Positions 53,641-64,000 of a DNA stretch of 64,000 bases are shown in pieces. The DNA lies in contig JAQGDQ010000109.1 of assembly GCA_030141605.1 (NCBI GenBank), positions 248,001-312,000 on the forward strand. Direction: 5' to 3'. The first letter of the stretch is position 1; every line of letters begins with the position of its first letter. The translations under genes were made by a program, and so were the position numbers. A model generated the notes under the pieces. The model was not told the DNA's origin. It saw only the letters and a list, made by a program, of their open reading frames with translations, and searched no databases. The DNA comes from Tubiluchus corallicola (taxonomy: Eukaryota > Animalia > Priapulida).

Positions 53641-56232
53641 TACATAAATGACAAATCTGCAAGCACATTAAAATTGACTTATTCCACGCATTTCCTTAAA
53701 TAAAATTGGCATTCTGCAAAAAATTGGCCTAAAAAAATTATACCAAAAAATGGCCACTTTAGGTAACGTAAAAAATTTATTATTACATTACTTAAATGTT
53801 AGTCGACTTTCTATGTCGTGCCTAGGAAAATCAAAAATCTAGGAATTGTACGCTTCGGCCAAACAAAGTTTTGCATTATGTATAATATACTTAGGAAAAG
53901 TTTAAAACATTTTTAGACACCACCTTGGCACTCCATGAAATGTTGTTCTGTCCTGTTTTGCCCTGACCTGCACTGCAATGCACTGAGGTACACTGTTACA
54001 TTGCTCTGCATTAAATTGTATTGCATTGGATTGGATTGCATCGTGCTGTATATACATTGTACTTACATTTGCTGAGGCATTCATTCCTGTGGCCAGAATA
54101 TCTAGCCAGAATCACTTAATTACCCCAGCACTGCTTAACCAAGGACTACCAAGAAACCAAGCGTCAAGTGTGCTGAAGTTAATGATTGCAGTAAAGTAAA
54201 ATTATTTTAACTGTTGCTAGTTTTCCAGATATACCGATGCATCAACCTAATGTTATATGCAATTATAACTGTAACTGACGATAATATTTCCAACATGTTA
54301 GGCCTTTACAAATGTACAGAAATTCCAGAAACTATAAGGACTTACACGCAGACATTTTTTGTAAACATGTAAACATTGAATTATGCAAAATTTTTACATA
54401 TTTCTTTTGTAGGACCTCTTTATGAGTTTTTTCTACTACAGCAGTTTTCCACGTTGAAAACATTTGCATATTCATATATGTGAAAGCTGGAAACAGCAAC
54501 TCCTAAAGCAATTATATATTCTAGCATCTAGTTACGTATTAGTTACTTTACAGAAAATATTGTAGCTTTACATTACACTGGCATACGTTGGAAATTGATG
54601 ATAAAACAGTTGCAAGTGGTGACCTTTCATATAAATCTTCGCGAGAAAATATAGAGATTTGGATAAAGGTATTATTGTCACGCAAACGCAGACAGAAGTG
54701 TGATTATACATATAATTTAGTAGCATAAAGAATATTCAAACTACTTTACAAAAAATCGTTTAAAACACACCAATCGATGTAAAAAATTATATGCATGGAA
54801 TCGAAAACTTGCTAACTCATTGGGCTCATTTTAGATTCGCCTTTACACTTTGTTTCCATTTAGTTTACATACTGTGTCACAGTGTACATGAAAGACTGAC
54901 CTTAAACGAGTTTTCATTGTAAGACAGTCAGCGAGTCTTCGTGTGCAGAATACAATATACTAGGCAGAGGGTATATGTCTATTAGCAATTGTAAAATAAG
55001 CCTTACCCATGTCTGACACTATACACATAATAAAAGATTAAGACTGAATGGATTCAGATCCAAATCCGCGAGCGTAACGCCGTGATCATGTTTTCACCTG
55101 ACTATATCTGATCTAACATATTTTGACACCTGTCTTGGGCTCTTAAAAATCTAACCTTTTTTAAAGCCCTGGTACACATCTGACCCCCATACCTAAATAC
55201 CTATAAAAAGTTTGAATTTAACGCAAAACCCTATCAAACTCGCCGATGTCCAATGTCCGCGACTCTTTGACTGAAAGTTGTCAGTACCCCGACTCCAGGT
55301 GCCTACCCTACAAGTTTCGTGGCTCTAGCCCTCTGCGTTTGGAAGTTGAAAATAATATTAAAACTGGATGCCCTAATTTTCACATTTTGGCTCCTATCTC
55401 GGACCTTTAAACAATCCAAGCTCTCATCTGCTTTCCCTGTAAGTTTCGTGACTGCAGTACTTTGCTTTTGCAGGTTAACGTGAATTAAAAAGTGGAAAAC
55501 TAGGCGTCTAACAAATGAAAAATTAGCGTCAGGGGTTCTCCTAGATTCTAGGGGACAAAAAGGAAAACCTCGGATAAACTTTCGCAAAAAGTGTAAACTA
55601 GAACGTGCTTGATGTCGCATGTAACTTGTCTTTAATTTTGTGTCTGACTGGTTTAAAGTACTTTAATTTTAATTTATCAAGTTGTCTTTTACATTGGTTT
55701 AATTAACTCCTTTTTAAGTTCTTACCCTGCATGACGTAACTAGCTAAAAATTAAGCTAATCAATTCTTTAGACAAGTATAAAACTCTCATTCGCTCGGTC
55801 ATATTACTATGAAATATGATCAGGCAGATTTTCAATGCAGAATGCGACGTTATGCCAAGTTAGGCAATAAAATACTTATTTATAACAATATAAAACGGAC
55901 AGTCTTATACTAAACGGGTGGTTCTTTTGCTGTCTCATGTCTACTTTATTTTTAATTGGCATACTGGATTGTTTTTACTTCTTAAATTGTAGAGCTATGT
56001 TATTTTTAAATAATTTATTTTTATGATAAGGAATAGCTTAGAGTTAAAATGGCTTTGTTTCATTGTTATGTGAGCCTATATTGAATAAAAACAAAACATC
56101 CTTTTGCGTTCACTTGGAATTGATTATTAATTATTTTAAAATCGATTTACGTTTATAATTTCTGTGTAACAGTGGGGACAAATCAGCTGCTGGTTACCAA
56201 AGAAGAACAGCATCATGGAGAATAATATTAAT

Positions 56233-57507
56233 TTATTCTTCAGCATTAATATACTTCCAGTGAGGAGGGTACTTATATTCATAACGAAAACCTAATTTAA
56301 ATTGTCTAGCATCGGGGTTGAAATAGTTTGAAAAATAAATCACTTCACCGCCTGCCAGAAACCCCGCCCACCATCCGAAACTACCCTGAGTCATAATAGT
56401 ATGATTACACATGGACAAAACGGCCAAGTCAACAGCCGCCGAGTTTCCGGTGTCACTGAACACCACGTCGCGATCAGATAAGTGCGTCTTGCACCAGTGG
56501 ATGTCATCGCTACAAACAACAAATACAGTATTGTTGTGCTTCTGCCGAAAATAATTCATAGCTTTCCTGAGGTAGGCTACACTGGCAGATTTTGCATGAT
56601 TACTCTGAAGCCAAACGTCATAGTCATCTCTTCTTACGTGAACTCCAATGTACGTCACCACAGCGCCCCTATCGCGTGACAGTAATTGTGAGGTAAGCAG
56701 TGACTTAAAAAAGTCGGCGGCCTTTGAAGATATGTCACTTTTGAAAATAAATTCTTTTCTTATTTGATGCTTTACATGATCAAAATACAGCCAAGAGTTT
56801 GTGTAACCTAGCAACAACAGGTAATCATCTTGTGGTTGCAGTGAAAACAGATCTTTGTCGTAAGGCTTATATATAACACGAATGTCCTCTTTTCTCGTCT
56901 TCAGAGGAGGATCTCGCACCGGTAGAGATAAATGAAACACTTCACTGATATTCATTAACGGACTAATGAACGGGTCTAATTTACAAGCTTTTGCTATTCC
57001 GTACAGTGCCGCATACTGAAACATTTGATTGCCTATCCTTCCTCGCGGTACAATAGACAATGAACCGGCAAAATTTTCGTCTGACGAATGCTTACGGTGG
57101 AGGCGGCCATTTGCAGAAATCTCGTCGTAGTCGTACAGTCCCGGCACCTCATTGCTAAGATCATATTCAAAATCGTAATTTATTGTGTCCTTGAGACGCA
57201 AGTGCTTGTGTGGATAATGATTAACTACAGGCTGGTTAGGCAAGTTTACCGCTGCAGTATCTAGCCGGTTCTTAAATCCAAATTCTTGCCCGACTTTCAC
57301 TTGATGACTAGAACCAAACCAATCTGGTTTGGGCGATACATGCTGATTACCACTCGTCGTAGATCTAGTTATTCTGTCATGTCTGCTCAACTCGCTATCT
57401 GGAGGACTGCGTCGTCTGGTGGAGTGCGAGCGCAACTCTATGACGACTAATACCACAAAACAGAGAGACACAAATTTTATCAATAAGTATTTTTTGCACC
57501 TTATCAT
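56233..57507 (-). CDS. Alpha-1,2-fucosyltransferase (GT11, FUT1/FUT2-like), type II Golgi membrane protein
   Basis: N-terminal signal-anchor and stem, then the GT11 motifs GRIGNQMFQYA, IGVHVRRDDY, SDDIHWCK and DLAVLSMCNHTIMTQGSFGWWAG. Single coding exon. Confidence 0.93.
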   Translation of the reverse strand: MIRCKKYLLIKFVSLCFVVLVVIELRSHSTRRRSPPDSELSRHDRITRSTTSGNQHVSPKPDWFGSSHQVKVGQEFGFKNRLDTAAVNLPNQPVVNHYPHKHLRLKDTINYDFEYDLSNEVPGLYDYDEISANGRLHRKHSSDENFAGSLSIVPRGRIGNQMFQYAALYGIAKACKLDPFISPLMNISEVFHLSLPVRDPPLKTRKEDIRVIYKPYDKDLFSLQPQDDYLLLLGYTNSWLYFDHVKHQIRKEFIFKSDISSKAADFFKSLLTSQLLSRDRGAVVTYIGVHVRRDDYDVWLQSNHAKSASVAYLRKAMNYFRQKHNNTVFVVCSDDIHWCKTHLSDRDVVFSDTGNSAAVDLAVLSMCNHTIMTQGSFGWWAGFLAGGEVIYFSNYFNPDARQFKLGFRYEYKYPPHWKYINAEE

Positions 57508-58936
57508 TGTTCGCCGCTTAACGTCTTACATTACACGAGAGAATGTGTAGATATGTCAAATTCACTTCCATTCATTTTTCTTGCTCTGAGACAGAGGAAT
57601 TTTATGTCAACTTGCCACACTTAAAAACAGAATTTCAGCAAAGTCAAATCCAAATTCTTACCGATCTTGTCACTATGACAAATTTACCAAAATTCTTATT
57701 AAGATTCGGTGTTCGGCTGCACATTTATCCATAACGTTTAAACTCACCTCGCAGACTGATGCGAAAAGCAAAAAAGAACAAACCAAAAAAGCTTACGCCG
57801 CTTATTCATGACCACAACACATTTATTTTTGCTGGAAAAAATAATACAGTCTACAGGAGTTCACGTGTTATACAAAATGACCTGGACATTGAACTAAGTT
57901 TAAACCGGTTCCCTTCTTCTCGCACAAGTGATCAGCGGATCCATTCTATCGCATTATACTAGTATTCTACGCTTTACATAACTTACCTGACTAAGGCTGA
58001 CTTGCCACCTTTAGAAATAGATCAACCTTTTAAAAGCCAAATCTGGGTCGATGAAGTGCTAACTTCCTTGTGCCAGCAATCCTCAGTATAACATGAACTA
58101 TTTACATAGTTAAGAAGTAATTTAATGAAACCAGCAGATAAACAGTAGGCTAACCGCAGCGACAAAAACCTGTAATAAGCAAAGAAGCAGATATTATCCC
58201 AAATTTTATTACCTTCCTACTACAGTGGGTAAACAGCAAAGGAGTTTTCCAAGACTGGAATAAATACGTAGATAAAAAATAAATGTTTTCACAAATCCTG
58301 CTGGAAATGTAGTAGACGTTTTTTTTTCATTTTGCCGCATCACGCTACATGTGCATTTGTAAATCAACGACAATTAAACTATCGTTTTTAAACGCTATTT
58401 GCCAATATTTAAGTAATCAGTGATGAAAAGTGAACAGTTTCCAATGTGATACAATCTACAACAGACGTAAAGCGATCCTGGCTCCATCTTTTGCGAGCTA
58501 TAACTACAACATGTAACATCTTCCCTTTTTTGGCTAGTAAGGACTATAACGTTCGTTGCATTTCTAGTGTTGCAGAAACTAAATCCCTAGATCCCTAAAC
58601 TTATACCAAGACACTGATGCAAACTTGCTCATAACCAGATGTTTTTAAACATTGCAAATACATGCATTAAAATGAAATTAAATCTGATTCATTCCATTAT
58701 GAATAAATTCAGAGTGGCAAAGCATTGAAAATACATTTAAGCATGTTATTGTATTCTAAACAAAAGAAATTGCAGCTCGAGTGAGAAGTTTTACTTCAAT
58801 GATAACAATAAGTTTATGGTGGACGACTGCAAGTACATGACGCACATAAAATGTAACAGACTAAGAGCGAAAGTTTTTCAGGCCTGATATTACAGCAAGA
58901 AACCAAGAAGCTCTTCTGTTTGGGCTTAGCCAAATC

Positions 58937-59331
58937 CTGTAGCGGTAGCCCTATAGGCTGAAGCCTAAGGCCCGGGATCAAAAGGGGCCCGGCAAAATAA
59001 AACGAAAAAAAAATTTTTTTTGTAAAAAAATAAATTGACAAAAGAGCATAGTAAAGCCAAAATAAAATATAGAAAATATAAATAAAATATGAACAAAGTC
59101 AAAAAACTGACAGACCAGAGGCATACAGTCAACTGCTGACTGTCCTACCAGGTTTAGTGAATGAGCGAAACATAGTACATAGAATGCTGCGCTGCTTTCT
59201 TTGCACAAAATTAAACAAACTTACAAACGACGAGAGCTCCACAAAAACACGTCAGCTCAGCAGTGTAGCAACATTTAAAAGGCCCGTTCCAAGCTCAAGC
59301 CTAAGGCCCATAAAATCATAATCCGCCGCTG
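58937..59331 (-). mobile_element. Non-autonomous hAT DNA transposon (copy 2) with a CxxH transposase remnant
   Basis: Imperfect TIRs CAGCGGCGG / CTGTAGCGG, and an 8-bp TSD GCCAAATC (58929-58936) / GCCAAATT (59332-59339). The interior translates AFYVLCFAHSLNLVGQSAVDCMPLVCQFFDFV. Confidence 0.9.
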
Positions 59332-60297
59332 GCCAAATTCACTTCCAGATAAAAACGACTTGCAAAACCACGTGGCTGTTTAGGCTATTTTTCCACTTAA
59401 ATCAATAAGACAAGTTTTTTTCTGAGATTCAAAATTTGAATGAAGTAGAATACCTACGGAATTACGATCACATAAATATAAATCGCTGATAATCTCAATT
59501 ATACAATTATTTATTAATTTTACGTAATTATGCATCTTCGCCTTAAACCTATATCATGCAGCGTAAAACCTGCGTAAAGCGTGAAATTGCGCAGGCGCAT
59601 GAAGGACATTCAGGACAATAACACAGGTTACAATCATCATGCTCCAGTGGACGATTGAAGCTTACCTGTTATTGCTACAGTTACTATGGAGACGCGTAGT
59701 TATCAGGTGCTTTCTGTTTGCGATGAACAAACGTAAAATGAGTATTAGCTGTAACGGTTGATTATTACTGGAAGACCAAGAAGCCTAGTAATAATTGTTG
59801 TTATTATCTTATTGTCATGAGTTTTGTTGTAGCTGTGTCGTCGCAAATCAAGTTAAAAGTGTGTCGTCCATAGTAGGTTATCTACGTCATATTTAATTGG
59901 CAACTACGTGAGTTTTATTCAATTTGTGTGGGCTCCGGAAAACTAATACTATACACTGTTCAACGTTGCTAGCTTGACATAATGAAGCTGTGTGATGTGT
60001 GGATTTAGAAGCCAATATATTTTCCCATCACGCTGCTTAAAATTAGCCTGGCTTCGTGATAATTAGGTAAGCATGGAACTTGAATGTCAAGTGTATAGGG
60101 TTGAGCTAATGAAATTTCTGTCTTTTCTTCTTACATGCATATGCATATTAGAAAGCTAATGCATAAAATACATTTATAGGTTGAATGTTTAGTAAACGAT
60201 ACAGTGCTAATAACTGGCGTCATATTTTAGAGTTATTCGCCTAGTTATGTTTGTATCATCATCAGCATCATGATCATCACCACCACCACCACCCTCG

Positions 60298-60342
<45 letters not shown>

Positions 60343-61020
60343 AGTAAATTTAATCTACTCTTTACGCTTTTCAGTGACAGTTTCACTTCTGTTGGTAAAC
60401 GATCCCTAGTGTAAATAAGTGACTGTCACCTAAGAATATTATGGTGCATTATGGGGTAAAAAATAAGGTGATAGTTTTTGTGGACTAAATTATAGACTGA
60501 AACCATAAATTTTACCCACGAAATGTTTTAGTGCATCGATTTCACTGTCGCTTTTAGTGCAAACTATACCTTCGATATTATTTTTCAGTTTTAATTAGAT
60601 TTAGGAAGGCATGTTATTCACATTCAATGTCTGACAACTACTAAAGTGCAGAGGCATCTAAATGTGCTTCAAAGTTAAACAAAAATATTTAACACAAAAC
60701 GTCACAATAATAATAATTATTATTATTACTAACCTGACTTTCTATTAATTTTCAGGTCGACATTCAAGAGCAAAACAGCGACAGGCAATCAGCTGAGATA
60801 ATTAGTTCCTGTTTCTGGAGTATAAATTAATCGCGACAAGTTTTAATAACTAAGCTTGGCGAGCGTGCAGGTACGCATGCAATATTACACCTGAGCTGAA
60901 AATGACTATTGCTTATCTAATAACTCGAGAACACATAATCGTTGTGCTCAGTGTGCCCAATTATGAGAGACAATCACCCACACAAGAAATTCTGGGATAA
61001 AGTTTGCAGATGCTGAGAGT

Positions 61021-61153
61021 ATGGGTTGTGGTGTTAGTAGTCATGCAGTCTTAGAAGACTTACCGTTCAGGAAACCAAGAATTAACATACGGATCGGTGA
61101 CAGAGTCCGGCATATAGATCCAGATATAAACCCAAAAATTATATTTATCTTCG
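61021..61153 (+). CDS. First coding exon of a probable adenylate/UMP-CMP kinase-family protein with an N-terminal MGCxxS acylation motif; the gene continues downstream
   Basis: Encodes MGCGVSSHAVLEDLPFRKPRINIRIGDRVRHIDPDINPKIIFIFG then |gtaagt at 61154. KIIFIFG matches the beta-strand entering the AK P-loop (GGPGSGKG). The exon acceptor ttttcag precedes 60756. I did not find the next exon in the window. Confidence 0.6.
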
Positions 61154-62218
61154 GTAAGTAGTTTTCTGTTTGTTTGTTTGTTTGCGTGTGGTTTTTGCTT
61201 TTTGTACGATTGTTTGCCTGTTTACTGATTTATTTGCTTATCTGTTCATACGATTCGATATGTTTACACGTCTATTCTTTTGTTTATATGTTTTTTCGTT
61301 CTTTTTTTCTTTCACTCATCAGTTCATTCAGGTGCACATGCCTTCTTACCTTTATGAGTTCGTTTGTTTTTTAGCCATCTACCCCTTCGATCCCTTACTG
61401 TTCAACCACTTATTCGTTAGTCTATTTGTGTGTTCGTTCGTACGTTCGTTCGTTCGCACACTCATTCATATCACTGATCTGTCTGTCAGTTCTTTTGCTC
61501 CTACCCTTAAATCTATGAAAAACGCAAAGTCATAACATTACGGAATCATGACAGAATGACAAAACTTACATGATGACTCTTCGGGGAAATTAAGCAACGT
61601 AATTTTGGCCCTAGTATTCTAATACACCATAATTGTGCTGTACAGGTAAACAGCAAGCTTCTAGTAGTGTACAACCAATAAATGTTGTTAATTTATGTAG
61701 ACGTTCAAGAAAAAATGGTTATTCACCAGAATTTAAAAACATAGAGAATTTTATGAAAATTTTGCAATCTCGGGGGATTTTATGCGTTAATATTGTTGTT
61801 GTTTTAGTTCTTTTTCTGGCAAATAACTAAAAGCGACATTAGAAAATATTGCAAACCTTAAGTAGCTCTGCGACATGAGAAAAAGGAAAACTGCTTACTG
61901 CGGAACGTAAATGCATTTGCAGACAGGTAGAAAATGTGATATTTTATACACGCTTTTATGTCGCCTGGTAATTTAATTCACCGCCATTAGTGAAGCCAAT
62001 CCGACGTGTCAGCCTCTCGAGTGAATTTATAAATAAAGCAAAATAATACTCGCTGCGCTATAATACGCAGCTTCGATAACAGATGAGCTGTTTTGACATT
62101 GACAGTGGACGCAATGAAGAGATTTCAAATGTTTAATACAAATGAACGCTTATTTCCACCAAAGCAACCTAACTTTATAGCTATCTAGATTCTCGTAAAG
62201 TTGCTTATTTCTGATTAA

Positions 62219-62356
62219 ATTCATTCATTTATTCATTCATTCATTCGTTCATTCATTCATTCATTCATTCATTCATTCATTCATTCATTCATTCATTCAT
62301 TCATTCATTCATTCATTCATTCATTCATTCATTCATTCATTCATTCATTCATTCAT
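62219..62356. repeat. (ATTC)n microsatellite
   Basis: Directly visible. Confidence 0.95.
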
Positions 62357-64000
62357 TTAGTCAGTGAATGCGAAACTACTATGTCGCATTCCAATTAAAC
62401 AGCTGTTGCAATTAAGAGATATGACGGCTTATTCAAAAAGTGTGACTTATTACAGCTGTAAAATTAAGCATTTTAGCTTTTTTCTCCTGTTCAAGCTTAC
62501 GTGTTAGTTGCAAACTTTAGTCACGCTTTTGTTGATGCGTAGAGCGCGTTAGTTTACAAATTTTGCAAACAGTAAGACCCTGGCAGTGCCGTTTTATTTA
62601 GGCGAGTAACACAAGGCTTTGTACATTCAAGCAGCTTGCAAAATATCAATATTATATCTGATGCATGACATCTACGTATGTCACGAAAATATAAACCAAG
62701 TTGTTTTTTAAGTACACATCAGGCAGCTCGTAGCCATGGCAACCTTTTTTCATACCTTAATTGAAATACGACAAAGCGGATATCGCAGCGTGTGAATTCA
62801 TCAGTGTAGCAGCGCTATGCCTTATAAGAATACACTGCTGAAACCATTTAATATCAGAGAAGTTTTTCTTAATCTAGTCAAACATTTGTTATGGTTTATT
62901 TTTTCGAAAACCCGGTAATCAGTTTCAACACTACGTAAGTGTTAAGTTCATCCAAGTGTAAGTTTTGTCAAATTTTAATATGTAAGCCTAGTTACGAAGT
63001 TTTTCCAATATAGTAATGTTTGAAAAAATCCTGGTTAAACAGATCGTATGCTACTCTTTGAGAGTTGGGACATTGTTACGTCCGGCTATCCGGAACGGGG
63101 AGCCACCACCAACACCGTTCGATTAGCTTCCCTTTAAATGTTTTTGTTTATTCTCTGGCAGCAGTTTTTGCGCGTTTGTATGGAAACTTTGATGTCATTT
63201 TTTTCCATGATAAAATGGCTGATAGCGATTGTTGTTAGGTTACACTTTTTATGCACTCACTCACCTCAGTTTTTCTCCACTATTGTTATAGAGCCAGCTA
63301 AAACCTCACTTAGGTTGCATAAGATACATTCCTACGTTTTATTTATGACCGATTTAATCAATTAGTATTCGTGGATTGAAATATGAATCCCTAAAATCAT
63401 TCTATTGCTTCTGGGGCTGGATACCATCAGACTGTGGCTTGTGGTGAAATCTAGTGTGCTTTTCATATGCAAAACCAAAAACTCACCCCTCAAAACAATA
63501 ACCTGTCTTTTCTCGACGAAATAAGTACAAAAACTATTAGTAATCATGCTGAACGATAGGCCAAATGATAGTCATTCGCACACGAATCACTCATTCAAAC
63601 TGTGCAGAGTGGTATGTCTAATCTTTTGCTATAGCGGGTACAAAAGCAACGAATAATGCATAGTTCCGAACAATTTATTACACTTAATTATTGCTGAAAC
63701 GATGGAGAATCTATCATGCTTTTAAAAATTATCAAGCAGCGGTTCAGCAGCGGCTTGAAGAACTCAAAATCCTCTAACATGTCTTGCAGATGTTCTCACA
63801 AGCTTAAGTGGACAGTGCCGATCAATGCCAGGTTTTTTTTATCATCTTAGAGTCCCCCTAACTTTCAATATGTACATGTGGTTCCAATGTGTTTGGCGAA
63901 ATTGAGTTAAGAATAGAGTTAAAATTGCACGCTAAATTTTGAGAGCATGATAGATTTGCCATTGTTTCAATAGCACTTTGATATAAAAAATTATCTGTAT

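Noticed and set aside
59686-59860. Apparent ATG plus hydrophobic stretch suggesting another membrane protein
   Set aside because: Multiple stops in all frames; more likely 5' UTR or promoter of the downstream kinase-like gene.

Overview
AT-rich, intron-containing animal genomic DNA. It is probably from a marine invertebrate (inferred from the galaxin-like and GT11 genes and TTAGGG-type repeats). I can support seven protein-coding loci, with splice sites read by eye. (1) A + strand acetylcholinesterase-like gene with 3 coding exons (14592-21286), an intact catalytic triad, a degenerate peripheral site and a GPI-like tail. (2) A - strand two-exon coiled-coil gene of about 940 aa resembling FAM186. 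(3) A - strand secreted, Cys-free Gly/Asn/Tyr octapeptide-repeat protein. (4) A - strand six-exon galaxin-like di-cysteine repeat protein. (5) An intronless 8x LDL-A protein with a hydrophobic tail. (6) An intronless GT11 alpha-1,2-fucosyltransferase. (7) The first coding exon of a probable N-acylated adenylate kinase on the + strand. Genes 3-6 form a co-oriented run of secretory-pathway genes that may be an extracellular-matrix/biomineral/adhesive locus (inference). The non-coding DNA holds two different deletion derivatives of one hAT transposon, an LTR end with a tRNA-Phe primer-binding site just upstream of the cholinesterase coding exon, an inverted pair of Penelope-type hammerhead motifs, LINE remnants, a MITE, a perfect 44-bp palindrome and many microsatellites. 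I found no rRNA, tRNA or CRISPR arrays.
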